Source: Octopus vulgaris (Eukaryota). From it: DNA of 64,000 nt. The DNA is taken from NCBI GenBank assembly GCA_951406725.2, contig OX597826.1, positions 558,001 through 622,000 of the forward strand, in the 5' to 3' direction. This document shows, in pieces, positions 52,530 through 64,000 of the stretch. Each line of letters starts with the position of its first letter. The first letter of the stretch is position 1. The notes under the pieces were generated by a model that was not told where the DNA came from, made no database searches, and saw only the letters and a list, made by a program, of their open reading frames with translations. The position numbers were made by a program, and so were the translations under genes.

Positions 52530-52737
52530 TGCACACCCCAGGACCATCACACAGAACCTGGAAAATGTCCTCCAAGGAATATCAGACAAATCACCTATAT
52601 CGGATTATGTTTTGGAAAACAACAACAATTCCTTACTCGAGGGGCTATGGGAACAGAAAAATAACTCAACTTTACTAGATGGTACTATTAAGTTACACAT
52701 AATACGAGCCACTACTAGTCGAAACGTCTAAGTTTAT

Positions 52738-52738
<1 letters not shown>
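52530..52738 (+). mobile_element. CR1-type LINE 3' end
   Basis: GGTACTATTAAGTTA...GTCGAAAC..TCTAAGTTTATA matches the 3' end of the 7300-8218 LINE. Confidence 0.65.
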
Positions 52739-52771
<33 letters not shown>

Positions 52772-53063
52772 TTGTGTATGTCTGTGCATGTGTATATGTG
52801 TATGTCTGTGTGTGTATGTATAAATATATTATATATATATTATATATATATGTGTATGTATAAATATATGTATGTATAATTTTTAAGATCGTTCTTTAAG
52901 TACAAACATATATATGCATACATGTATACATACATAAATATGAAATATGTGCATAAGAATGTATGAATGCGTGCACCTATATATATATATATATACTAGC
53001 TTATGGTAACCCGCTCTACGCGCGGATAAGAGTGTGGTTGTTACTTTCTGTTGCTTTCTTTCA

Positions 53064-53376
53064 GCACGTAAAAAGCACCATCCGAACGTGGCCGATGGCA
53101 GCGCCACCTTGACTGGCTTCTGTTCCGGTGGCACGTAAAAAGCACCAACCGATCGTGGCCGCTGCCAGGCCCCCTGGCACCTGTGCCGGCGGCACGAAAA
53201 AAGCACCCACTACACTCACAGAGTGGTTGGCGTTAGGAAGGGCATCCAGCTGTAGAAACTCTGCCAGATCAGACTGGAGCCTGGTGCAGCCTCCTGGCTT
53301 CCCAGACCCCGGTCAAACTGTCCAACCCGTGCTAACACGGAAAACGGACGTTAAACGATGATGATGATGATGATGA
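53064..53376 (+). mobile_element. SINE 3' part with RTE-like tail (family F)
   Basis: GCACGTAAAAAGCACC x3, GGTTGGCGTTAGGAAGGGCATCCAGC, ends GGACGTTAAAC(GAT)n. Confidence 0.82.
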
Positions 53377-54151
53377 TTCTCCCTCTTTGTTTCTCTCTCC
53401 TTTCTCTCTCACTTTCCCACTCTCTTACTTTTCTTTTCTCTCGGACTTTCCCTCGCTTTCTCTTACTCTCTATCTTTATCTATCTCTCTCCCATTTATAA
53501 ACTGATCTTGAGTAAGTTGAGAAATAAAATAATTTGAAAGATCAATCATAAATATCAGGCAGTGACAACGGAAAGGTCTGCTTCAAGGCAGACAGCAAAA
53601 CACTAACATTTAAAAGGGACAGACGAACTTGCGAGCAGAATAAAAATAATAAAATATTGGAAACCAAAGTTTGAAGGGATAGTATCTGAGGATAGCAGAG
53701 TCACCATGGCTGGCATTTCTTAACGACGGACAGCAACGTATTGACAGTTTAACGGCTGGCGTAAAATTTTGAACCAAGTTTTGAAGTGATTCTTTCTCAC
53801 GACAGTAGACTCACCATGGCAAGCATTCAAAACTTCTTCATCATGGACAGCAACACATTGACGATTAAAAGGCTGGCGCAATTTTTTTTAGCTTGATGTA
53901 ACATAGAATTCCTAAACACCCGCTCTTGTAAATATTAATCCCTTTCCAGCCCACATTTAGACCCCTTTTCACATTTTGGTTAATATAACCCGATTTCATT
54001 CGGGTCTACTGGGGCCACATTTTATAAGATGAGAATTTTGACCTAGAGTCACGCCTTTCATTTGAGGAAAAAAATAGTAGTCATGCAAACTCGCCAGCAC
54101 TTTTAACATAGGTGTGCATATTTTCAGCTCAACCGACCACATAATGCACAC

Positions 54152-54207
<56 letters not shown>

Positions 54208-54233
54208 TGTATATATGTATATATGTATATATG

Positions 54234-54267
<34 letters not shown>

Positions 54268-54293
54268 CACGCATTATATATACAAATGTATAC

Positions 54294-54338
<45 letters not shown>

Positions 54339-54545
54339 TAAATTAGAGATAAAACCACTAATAGGCAAATCAAACAGTGAAAAACATAAACCAAAACATA
54401 AAAATAAAAATATAATATACAAAATATATAAAATATCAAATCTAAAAATTTAAATTATTTAAATTTTAAATTAAAATTATTAATTTATATTTATAATTTT
54501 TTTAAATATATATAACTATCAAAAAGTATTAAAAAGTTTAATATA
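54339..54545 (-). repeat. AT-rich repeat shared with 9330-9790
   Basis: AAATTAGAGATAAAACCACTA.TAGGCAAATCAAACAGTGAAAA is the reverse complement of 9748-9790. Confidence 0.85.
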
Positions 54546-55330
54546 CATAAATACAGATATATACACTTTGTATATATACATTATATATACATATTTATAT
54601 ATAGAACACACACACACACACACATATATAAATTAACCCAATAAATATCTGATTCATAATATTTGTTCTCATGATTGTCTGGTGGTGGTTGTGGTGGCGA
54701 TGATAATTCTCTCTATGAATGCAGACAGACATCGAGAGAGAGTGAGTGTGTGAAAGCGCTGTCGAAGGCGGGGTGGGGGAGATATAGAACGCTGTGAAAC
54801 GACGTTATAAAGAGAAAGTGAAGGGAGGTAGACGCTGTGAAACGACGTTATAGATAGAAAGTGATGGGAAGGGAGGAAAGAGAGTGAGTGATGGAGGAAG
54901 ACAGATACATAAAAGAATGAGAATAGACTTGTCAAAGTGCGTTTTTGGCCCTAGCAACGACACCTTTTAAGATTTCTAACCTAGCCCACTCGCATCCACA
55001 CCTCATTTTACATGTCCCTGTAAATTTTGGAGTCAATCCGACGGGATCTAGTGGCCTTTAACCCGTTCTCAATGCCAAAACCAGACAAACAAACAAACAA
55101 ACTTTTTGCATTTCAGAATTATAATATAGAGATATATATATAAAATCACAAAAGGGTGAAAAAAATTGAATATTAATTAATAACATCAATTTAAAACACC
55201 AAGTGGCCTAGCGTATAAAGACTGGGATGCAGTAAAAATTATTAATACAAGTAATGAGAGAGAGTCCACGCTAGATATAGATGCACGAAGGGAATCCACC
55301 ACTAAAAGAATGTTCTCAAGAATTAATTCA

Positions 55331-55369
<39 letters not shown>

Positions 55370-55371
<2 letters not shown>

Positions 55372-56234
55372 ACTCCTTGCAACCCCTGTCTGTGTTCGGT
55401 TTGTCCTTACACAGAGGCCATCCGGATTCCCGTTTGCGCCGTGAACAGGAATTAATCTTCTCTCTTCGCTCTTATACGCCATTTGGTCTCAACTCTCCCC
55501 CCTCCTCATCTAACCTCCCTCTCCCCCTCCTCACCTACTTTTCCCCCCGACCCCTACTTCTCTTCAGTCCTTCATCCTTTCACCCCTACTCCCCTTCCTT
55601 TCTTCCCTCTTTCTCTCTCCCTCCTTCCCTCTTCCCCTTCCCTCTGCTCCCTCACTCCCCTTCTCTCTCCCCCTCTCCCCCTCTCCCTCTTTCCTCCTTC
55701 CTCATCCCCTCCTCCCCCTTCCTTCTCCCCCCCCTCTCCCCTCCCCCTCTTCTCCTCTCTCCACACTACACCACACGACTTTACACATCACATCATATAT
55801 GATGTGCCATACTAATACATACACCAACTAATACATACTAATACATACTAATACATACTAATACATACACCAACCCTATACATACACACGTCCAGACTTC
55901 TCATACGCACTAATACTCTCTCATACACACACCCTTATGTTGGAGTAGGTCATTCAACCCTATTATCTCCCCTAATTTCGCTCTCGCGTCTCATGTTTGA
56001 TCTTTGACTTCTGGCCGAAATCAGATCGCCATGTTGATTCGTTAGTTACTGCACGCATCTTTTTCTCTCCTTCGTTCTGTGTTTTTTCTCTCTGTGTATC
56101 TTTCTGTTGAAGAGCGTAGGCTCGAAACGTTAAAGACTTGTTTTATTTATATTTCCTGAGCGCCATACTAATACAATTGTTTGTTTGTTTTCCACCTGCC
56201 TTCGTCTTTTGTCTATTTTCATAAAGCTTCCCGT

Positions 56235-56235
<1 letters not shown>
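55370..56235 (+). mobile_element. Penelope-like element 3' end: GIY-YIG C-terminus, polypyrimidine UTR and HHR-bearing terminal repeat
   Basis: LSVFGLSLHRGHPDSRLRREQELIFSLRSYTPFGLN (55387-55494), C/T tract at 55490-55760, HHR at 56099-56136. Confidence 0.8.
56099..56136 (+). ncRNA. Minimal hammerhead variant (A6U)
   Basis: TCTTT-CTGTTGA-A-GAGC(GTAG)GCTC-GAAA-CGT-T-AAAGA. Confidence 0.55.
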
Positions 56236-56265
<30 letters not shown>

Positions 56266-56280
56266 GTATATACACGCGCG

Positions 56281-56442
<162 letters not shown>

Positions 56443-57189
56443 TAGATATAGATATATTTATAACAATTCTCTAAATGAAAATCCCCCTATAGATGATACA
56501 CAAAACAGCAATCCCGCCACACTTACACTTTCTATTAAAAACCGCATCATCCACATATGGAAGGTGCTTTGTTTTCTGACTTTCTAATCATCTCATAAAA
56601 ATGACTTTTATTACTTTTATTACAACCTCAGTTCATCTAAATGTATATATCTGTCGTTACCTTTCATAAAAAGCCTTTTCTTTTTTTATTTACAATGTGC
56701 ATTTTCGTTGATTTTTCTTATTTTCCCCTTACATTTCCACGAGTATTTTATATTTTCTTTTTGTATCATATTTCTACTATATATATATATATATATATAT
56801 GCATACACATGTATATGTCTGCATAAATATTTATGCATATAAATTTACATACATCTAAATACGTATATGTATATCCATATAAATATACATATGTACTCAC
56901 ATATACATCTATACGTGCACAGACAAATCACGCAAAACATACACACACACACAAAACGTTTATGTTTATGTGTTGGTTTAAACATCTCATTTTTGCTTTG
57001 TTTTATTATTATTATTATTTCCAGATCAATTTACAACGTTCAACTTCGTACACTGCAGGTGTTGGCCGGTGTTCTTTCTCGACAGGATACGTTTTACCTG
57101 TCATCGATCATTCCGCACCATCTGGCACCACATGACAAAAAAAGCAGGATCTACAGTATGGAGTCAATTCTCGTTACACACACACACAC

Positions 57190-57247
<58 letters not shown>

Positions 57248-57249
57248 GT

Positions 57250-59110
57250 GTAATGATGACCGGTGTCTTGGCGGAAGAGTTGTACAACCATCTGGAAAGT
57301 GACCATCTACTTCCAGAACTGTTGTGTGGACACCCCCTGACGATGAAGTAGACTAGCCCAATACGTAGATATAGAGGGAGAAGTCTAGACGTCAGAGAGA
57401 GAGTAGAGTTGAGTAGTAGAAGGCATCCGAACGTGCAACATAACAAGAACACAAAGGATGCAGGAAACAAAGTGGGGCAATAAACGATCTCTCATTAGTT
57501 GGTAAAATGATAATTAGAAATTGTAGACGCAGACTGACGAGACTAAATTTAGCCTGGCGAGATAACCAAAAAAAGAAAGGGAAAGGCCATAATACCATAG
57601 AGTTGGATAAGTAAAACAATGAACATGTTTGAAATAGCAAAAAAACATGGAGGATATGCTTAATGAAAATATGAAACACTGGAATACTGAATCGACTGGA
57701 GGAAAAGAAAACTGGAAAAAGTGAACATCAGACGAGGAGTATTGCTAGCTTATTTCCATTGCTATTCGTATTGATCATGACACTGCTTACTATGATACTA
57801 TGAAAAGTTAAAATTGTTTACGATTTGGGGAAAAGAAATGGTCAAACAAATCATCCCCTTTTCATGAATGATATAAAGGTTTATACGCAAAATGAAAAAC
57901 AGCTTGAAGGTCTTGTACATACTACCTGAATTTTCTCAAATTGCGTATGGAATTTGGATAGAAAAGTACGCTATATTAAAAATGAAACGAGGGATATTGG
58001 AAAGAAGCCAGGGAATTGAAATGCCAAATGGGCAGAGAATGAGAGCGGTTGAAAAAGGACAGTGGTACTTGGGAATACTGAAAGCAGACGTGATGAAAAA
58101 AATGAAGAAATGAAACAAATTACCAGTAGGGAGTACACAAGGAGGGTAAGAAAATTTTTGCAGTCAAAGCTGAATTCCAGAAACTTTATTGAAGCAATAA
58201 ATTCAAGTGCAATACCCTTGATCAGATATGGAGTCGGAATTATAGACTGGATCAGAAACGATATTAACAACTCGACAGAAAAACTAGAAAGTTGTTGACG
58301 ATATATGGAGCCCACCATCCGAAATCTGATGTCAACTGGCTGTACTTGAGGAGATACCAGGATGGAAGCGACCTAATAGCAGAAGAAGAGTGTGTACAGA
58401 TAGAAAGGAAAAGTCTAGTAGAGTATTTACAGAGCATCACAAAGAAACTACAAAAGACAGTTAATAAAGAACAGGTGATGAAGCGCGTAATATGAGAAAA
58501 GGACGAGAATGAAATACAAAGAGAGCAAGTCAGCCAGATCAAAGAGAAACCTCTGCATGGCCAATTTGAAGAGCCACTGAAGATGTAGGTGAGACAAAAT
58601 TCTGGGCTTTATTTAAAAATAGGGGGTAACTAAAAAAGAAAGAGAGCCTAATTGTAACAGCGCAAGATCGAGCGGTAAAAACAAACAACTTGAGAAAAAA
58701 TATATACAGAGAGAATGTATGAGAAAAATGAAGAGTCTGTGGAACTTGGAACGAGACAGTGGCACATATTGTGACAGAATGCCCTATGTTGGCTCAGGAA
58801 AAATATAAGAAATGGAGGTACGACCAGATCGTAAAAGTTTTACACTGGAAATTGTGCCAGAAATGAGGATTTGAAGCTGGAAGCATATGGTACCATCATC
58901 GAGTCGAAAGAGTACAAGAGTCGCTGAAATGTAAGATTTTGTGGGACTTTCTTATTCAAACGGAAAAGAAGTTAGAAAATAATAGACCAGATATAACGAT
59001 AATAGGAAAAGTGAAGCTGCTTACTTGTCGACCCATCATTCCCATTTGATTCCAGGATCGTAAAGAAAGAGGAAGAAAAACAAAGAAAATACAATGGAGA
59101 GGTTGAAGGA
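57250..59110 (+). mobile_element. Decayed RLE-type (R4/Dong-like) LINE: RT, CCHC knuckle, RLE
   Basis: LLPE..HKGCR, NHPLFMNDIKVY, WYLGIL, SKLNSRNFIEAINSSAIPLIRYGVG, GAHHPKSDVNWLYLRR, CGTWNETVAHIVTEC, KILWDFLIQT, NNRPDIT. Confidence 0.92.
57320..57445. mobile_element. 126-bp solo LTR candidate with 5-bp TSD
   Basis: AGAAC|TGTTGTGT...ACATAACA|AGAAC. It interrupts the LINE reading frame. Confidence 0.8.
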
Positions 59111-59223
59111 TCGAATCCAATCACTGCAGTTTCACTGTGTCCAGCTGTGAAGCTCTCTTCTGATAGCAGCTGATTATGCGATGAGAAGAAAAGGTTGAAT
59201 GAAGAATCACTGCAAGGCTTAAT

Positions 59224-59306
<83 letters not shown>

Positions 59307-59320
59307 ATGTATGTATATGC

Positions 59321-59356
<36 letters not shown>

Positions 59357-59361
59357 GTATA

Positions 59362-59417
<56 letters not shown>

Positions 59418-59544
59418 AAATGTATGTATACATATATATATATATACATATATGTATGTATATGCATGTATATATATGTATATATATATATATAATGTGC
59501 ATGTATTTATATATGTATGTACATATGTATGCATATGTATATTA

Positions 59545-59584
<40 letters not shown>

Positions 59585-60438
59585 TGAGCGTTCGCTTCAT
59601 AGAGCTCATTGGAGAATAAAAGGGAGACTGGTGTAATATTTAATTGACTCATCAGTTCGTATGCTTATTGTAATAAACTGAAATTCTTCCCATGGGCCAC
59701 ATGAAGTCTATGAGAAACTGTACAGAGCTTCTCCTTTTCTGTGACTTGTGGCAGAGACTAAATATTCGACTAGCATTCCCATCTGCCCAACACGATACTG
59801 AATAATTTATCATCATCATCATCATCATCATCATTTTTTCTGAGTCCTACCCGGTGCTTTACGATGACACCACCACCACCACCACCGCCACCGCCGCCAC
59901 CACCGCCGTCATCATCATCATCATCATCGTCAGCGGGAGCAGCATCACCGTCATTATCATCATAGTTTATCTCATGAAAGTGAAGATCTTTATGAAAGGA
60001 AGCTCTTGGTAAAGTCGAGTGATTATCCCTTCCATTCAGCACCGGATTAACACTTGAGTAATCTTTTAAGTGCTTAGGACTTAATCCGGCCCTGCTTCGG
60101 TTATATCCCTTGAAGTCAAGCTACTTACCACACAGCCACTCAGTAAATGATTTTGTCGACTGCATATCTATAGGCATAGATATCTATGAAGTGTGTTATA
60201 GAATGCTAAAGTGGGCGTGGTGTAGATAATCGCCGGGTAGGGCTCAGACAAAAACTCGAATGTGGTGATGCAGGACGCTTCCAAGTGAAGTACGAGTAGC
60301 CTCGTAACGAAATTCCGTCCCACCCCGACTTCATCGTAGCCACACCCCATCTCCATTTCAGCTTTGTCCGTTGTTGTTATTTTGTTGTTGTTCCTGTTGT
60401 CGCCGCCGCCGATCTCCTCCTTCTCCTCCTCCTCCTCC

Positions 60439-60470
<32 letters not shown>

Positions 60471-61295
60471 GTTCTTATTGTTGTTGCTGCTGCACCTGTC
60501 GTTCTTATTGTTGTTGTTTAACTCCAGATCAGACCTGTTTCGAGAGGACTATAACCAAAGTCATTCCAGCCATGAATTTCCAAGCATAGTATGGTACATT
60601 TCATGTGTTCTGCTAATTTTAAAGACGACAGAATGTAATTTGGCAGAGACTTGCCTGCCATTTCTAGCGTATTAAGTAAGACTGTAGAAGCTTGCTGTCC
60701 TGCCACATGTTATGAAAGTCGATGAGAGGACGGGTAAGATATCCTTGTCTTTAATCCTGTCATACATATATTTTGTGCTACTAAAATCCCCAGAAATAAA
60801 TAAAGATAAGGAACTTATACAGATTAATAAACTTTAACCCCTACTGGCGCCCGGGAGCAGTACAAGTTATCCCACGCTGTCATTTTATTTCTGACTTTTT
60901 GTTTGTTTTTCTTTTAATTTTTGACAGAAATGTAGTTGTAATTGTTGATGTCAAGTTATTATTATTATTATTTGTTAGAGTGAGTGACTCTGGTACGAGT
61001 TTCAAGCTTCAAATAGCCGTTTTCAAACTGAAGAATGTATGTTTTACTGGTTGCTTAAATGCCAAATTTTTTTCTTACAAGTATACAAACAAAAAAATAT
61101 ACACAAAAAGGGAAGAACATGCTTTAAAAAATACAAAAGCATGTATGCGTAAGAAGAAGAAAACGAAGAAGAAGAAGAAATATTTTTAAAAATATATATT
61201 TAAGGATGCACACCTATACACACATACATACATGCACACACACAAAGTATACATATATATACATCTATATGTCCATATATATATATATATGTATG

Positions 61296-61339
<44 letters not shown>

Positions 61340-61341
61340 CT

Positions 61342-61384
<43 letters not shown>

Positions 61385-61469
61385 TAAAGGGATAAAGAGA
61401 AAGAGAAAAGGGAGAAAAACATATGCATATAACTTTTTGGGTGCATAAAATAGTCCATAAAAGAGTATA

Positions 61470-63250
61470 TACTCATACGTAGACTTCATTATTCAGGCAG
61501 TGTTTGGCTGGTATCTTTCTGTGGATTGTTGAGATGATATTTCTGGTGGATTTGGTAGTATTTTTTTGCTCACTTTGGTTGGTATTTTCCATTAAGGCAG
61601 TATTCTTTGGACTTACGAAAACGTTCATCTTCCGTCCACAATTTGAAGAAATACAAAATTTTGAATTTTCTTTTTCCACATTTTTCCACGTGTTTCTAAC
61701 GGAGTCGTCATGGATTTGTTGTCTATATACCCTTACTCTCTCATATAGTCCAATGCCGGCTCACTAATGTAGTATTCTTTGCATTCGGGACATTTGGCAT
61801 AGTAAATTAGGTTTCTGGATTTGCAATTCATATTTGTATTTATTTTTTAAATGCTGCTGTCTTTAAAAGTAATTTGTTCTCCATCTTCAATGTAATCACA
61901 TGTTCCACAACGAGGTCACCACATTTTTGAACTCTCTTTGTTGTTTCTCTACTTGTAAATCTTGCTTGAGTTAAGAGCTTTTTTAGGTTGGGTGCTTGAC
62001 ATCTGCTATAAATTATTTTAAAATCTGTTATTAATTTGTTCCTTTTTTATTATTGTTGAAGAACTGGGAGGTACCTTTTTGCAGTATTGATGAAGTCGTG
62101 ATTTCTTGGGTTGTGGGTGATGACAAAAGGAATGCTTATGAGTTCATCTTTATTTTTGTGTGTTTGTTTTCCTCTGAGGTCAATAGTTGTGATGTTTCTT
62201 GCTTTGGTGATTGCCGTGTCAATTAATCTAGTGGGATACTTTTGTTCTTTTAGAAATATTTCTAACTCTGCATCTATTACTACAGTGCAAATTCGTTTTG
62301 CTATATCAAAGGTTATGTTTCTTTTGGTATGTGAGGAATGGGAGGAATGAAAGTTCAAATATTGGTGTGTGTCTGTAGGTTTATAAAGAGATCTGTTTTA
62401 TGGTGTTATCTTCTTTAATTAGAAGTATGTCTAAATATGTTAATTCCTTTGTGTGTTGTTTCATGGTGAATTTTATTGAAGTATGTAAATTATTTAAAAG
62501 TGAGTGAAAGATTTCTAAGTCTTCTTGGTTTTCGGTCCAAAATACAAAACAGTCATCCAAATACCATTTCCACTTGTTTGGTTTCTTTTTATATAAACGG
62601 AGAATTGTTCGTTAAATGTTTCTCTTTGTTGAGAATAGTGTTTAACATCTAAGAAGCCAGTACAAGTGTTGCATAAATAGGGCTACTTTTTTCCCCATCG
62701 CTGTTCCTTTTATTTGTTAGTAGAAGTTGTCGAAGAAGGAGTGATTATTTTCCAGTATTAATTTTAATCCTTTTAAAATGAAGGTTTCTGAGAATCTTTC
62801 CAATACGATTCAGGTGCTTTGTTAATCAGAAATGTATAGCTTCAATTCCTAGGTTGTTTGGGATATCCGTGTATAGACTAGAATTGTCTCCTGGTGGACA
62901 CTTTTAGGTATGTAGTTTAAAAAGTCCATATCATCCAGGACAAAGCATGGTATCATTTTGCATAAAGGGTTTAGAACTACATCTATTAAGTGGTTTAAGC
63001 GTTGTGCACTGGATGCTAGTCCTGCAATGATTGGGCGTAGTTTCAGGTCTCTGGATTTCGGAATTTCTACATATGTTGAATTGTTTTCTTTTATATTTTA
63101 TCTTAGATTTCTTTTGATTTGTGGATCTTGGGTAATCCATAGAAGTTACTGGTTTTTATTTCGAAGTTGGTCAAAAAATTAACTTCATTTTCAGTTACGT
63201 TATTATGATATTTTGTCTATGTATCTTGCTCATTGTATTTTTATTCTCGT
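61470..63250 (-). pseudogene. Decayed Penelope-like element (RT plus GIY-YIG)
   Basis: DLKLRPIIAG, GTAMGKK, KWYLDDCFVFW, FHSSHSSHTKRNITFDIAKRIC, CGTCDYI, NLIY.AKCPECKEYYI. Confidence 0.9.
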
Positions 63251-63289
63251 TATATCGAAGAAATCGGTATAGGTGTTGCAGGTCCAATC

Positions 63290-63870
63290 ATTATCCTTAA
63301 AGTGAATTAGTTTTCCTAGCAGCCAGGATGATATCAAAGTCAGATCGACAAATAGGTGCGTACTTTCGAGCGAATATTAAGGGATCATTTAAGAGAGTTG
63401 GTGATATTGAATAATAATAATTTGAGATGTCAAACTGAAGAAAATGGGTGCTCTGTTTATCAGGAAGAGATGTGAACCAAGTGATGACGTCACCAGTACA
63501 ATTCCGGAGCGGAAGCTTAACGTTAGTCCTAACTAGGGGAAGAATACAGTCAATAATGCATTTACTAATTCGACCCAAGTTTGATTCAGTGAGGCAGACT
63601 AGTCTAATAGAATGCTTAGTGGAGAAGTTGGGTTTGTGTCCTTCAAGGTGAAGTGGTGGGGTTTAGATATATATGGTTCAGTTCTATTTAGTAAATTTAG
63701 ATCAGCGATGAGCTTGCAATGGATGTTGTTAATGTCCTTAAGAGCATTCTCATGTGCATGTTTATAATTTGCATTTGGTTCCACTGATATGAGGTTGGTG
63801 TACGTTTCCAAGGGGAGGGAGTAAAGATTTCCAGTTTTGTCTGAAAAGACGTGCAGGTGTGATGAACTAC
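63290..63870 (-). pseudogene. Second, divergent Penelope-like RT fragment
   Basis: HFTLKD, LGRISKCIIDCI, TGDVITWF, HFLQFDISNYYYSIS, IILAARK. Confidence 0.8.
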
Positions 63871-64000
63871 AAAATTATATCTAAGATAAGGAATTCACCA
63901 CACATTAATATATAGAAGCTGAAAACATCCAATATTTCCATCGGAAGGATGAGAGACACATTTTTTGAAACAGCTGTAAAGATGTATCTTCATATTACAC

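Larger units (their letters stand above)
52996..55132 (-). mobile_element. Non-autonomous Helitron with nested insertions
   Basis: Minus 5' A|TCTCTATATTATAA...(TTTG)n TCTG. 3' hairpin CCGC-GCGTAGA-GCGG then CTAG|T. Internal ~110-bp tandem duplication at 53661-53887. Confidence 0.82.

Noticed and set aside
52700-52738. GTCGAAACGTC as a hammerhead
   Set aside because: There is no CUGANGA upstream, and the segment matches the CR1-type LINE 3' end at 7300-7370.
57335-57370. CTGACGA...AATACGTA inside the 126-bp LTR as a retrozyme-type hammerhead
   Set aside because: GAAA is absent and stems I and II do not pair without several assumed mutations.
60528-60733. Plus-strand coding exon (TCCAG acceptor, GTAAGA donor)
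   Set aside because: There are stop codons in all three frames. A non-coding exon cannot be supported from sequence alone.

Overview
AT-rich, microsatellite-saturated eukaryotic DNA, intergenic or intronic. I see no supportable host protein-coding gene, and almost all listed ORFs are read-throughs of (TA)n, (CA)n, (TACA)n or (ATT)n tracts. The tRNA-derived SINE families resemble those of octopus genomes; this is an inference, not a database result. The window is a mosaic of SINEs, decayed CR1-type and RLE (R4/Dong-like) LINEs, Penelope-like element (PLE) RT/GIY-YIG fragments, three Helitrons, Tc1/mariner derivatives, MITEs and two solo-LTR candidates. Three signals stand out. (1) Several unrelated repeat families carry minimal hammerhead-ribozyme (HHR) folds with co-varying stems, a palindromic stem III and an extra nucleotide after CUGANGA. 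(2) One of these is a Pol III tRNA-headed SINE-like element carrying a hammerhead (12351-12692, second copy 48150-48300). (3) A ~1 kb essentially perfect palindrome (19994-21029) looks like a fold-back event primed at a (TA)n tract. Boundaries were read by eye and many are approximate.
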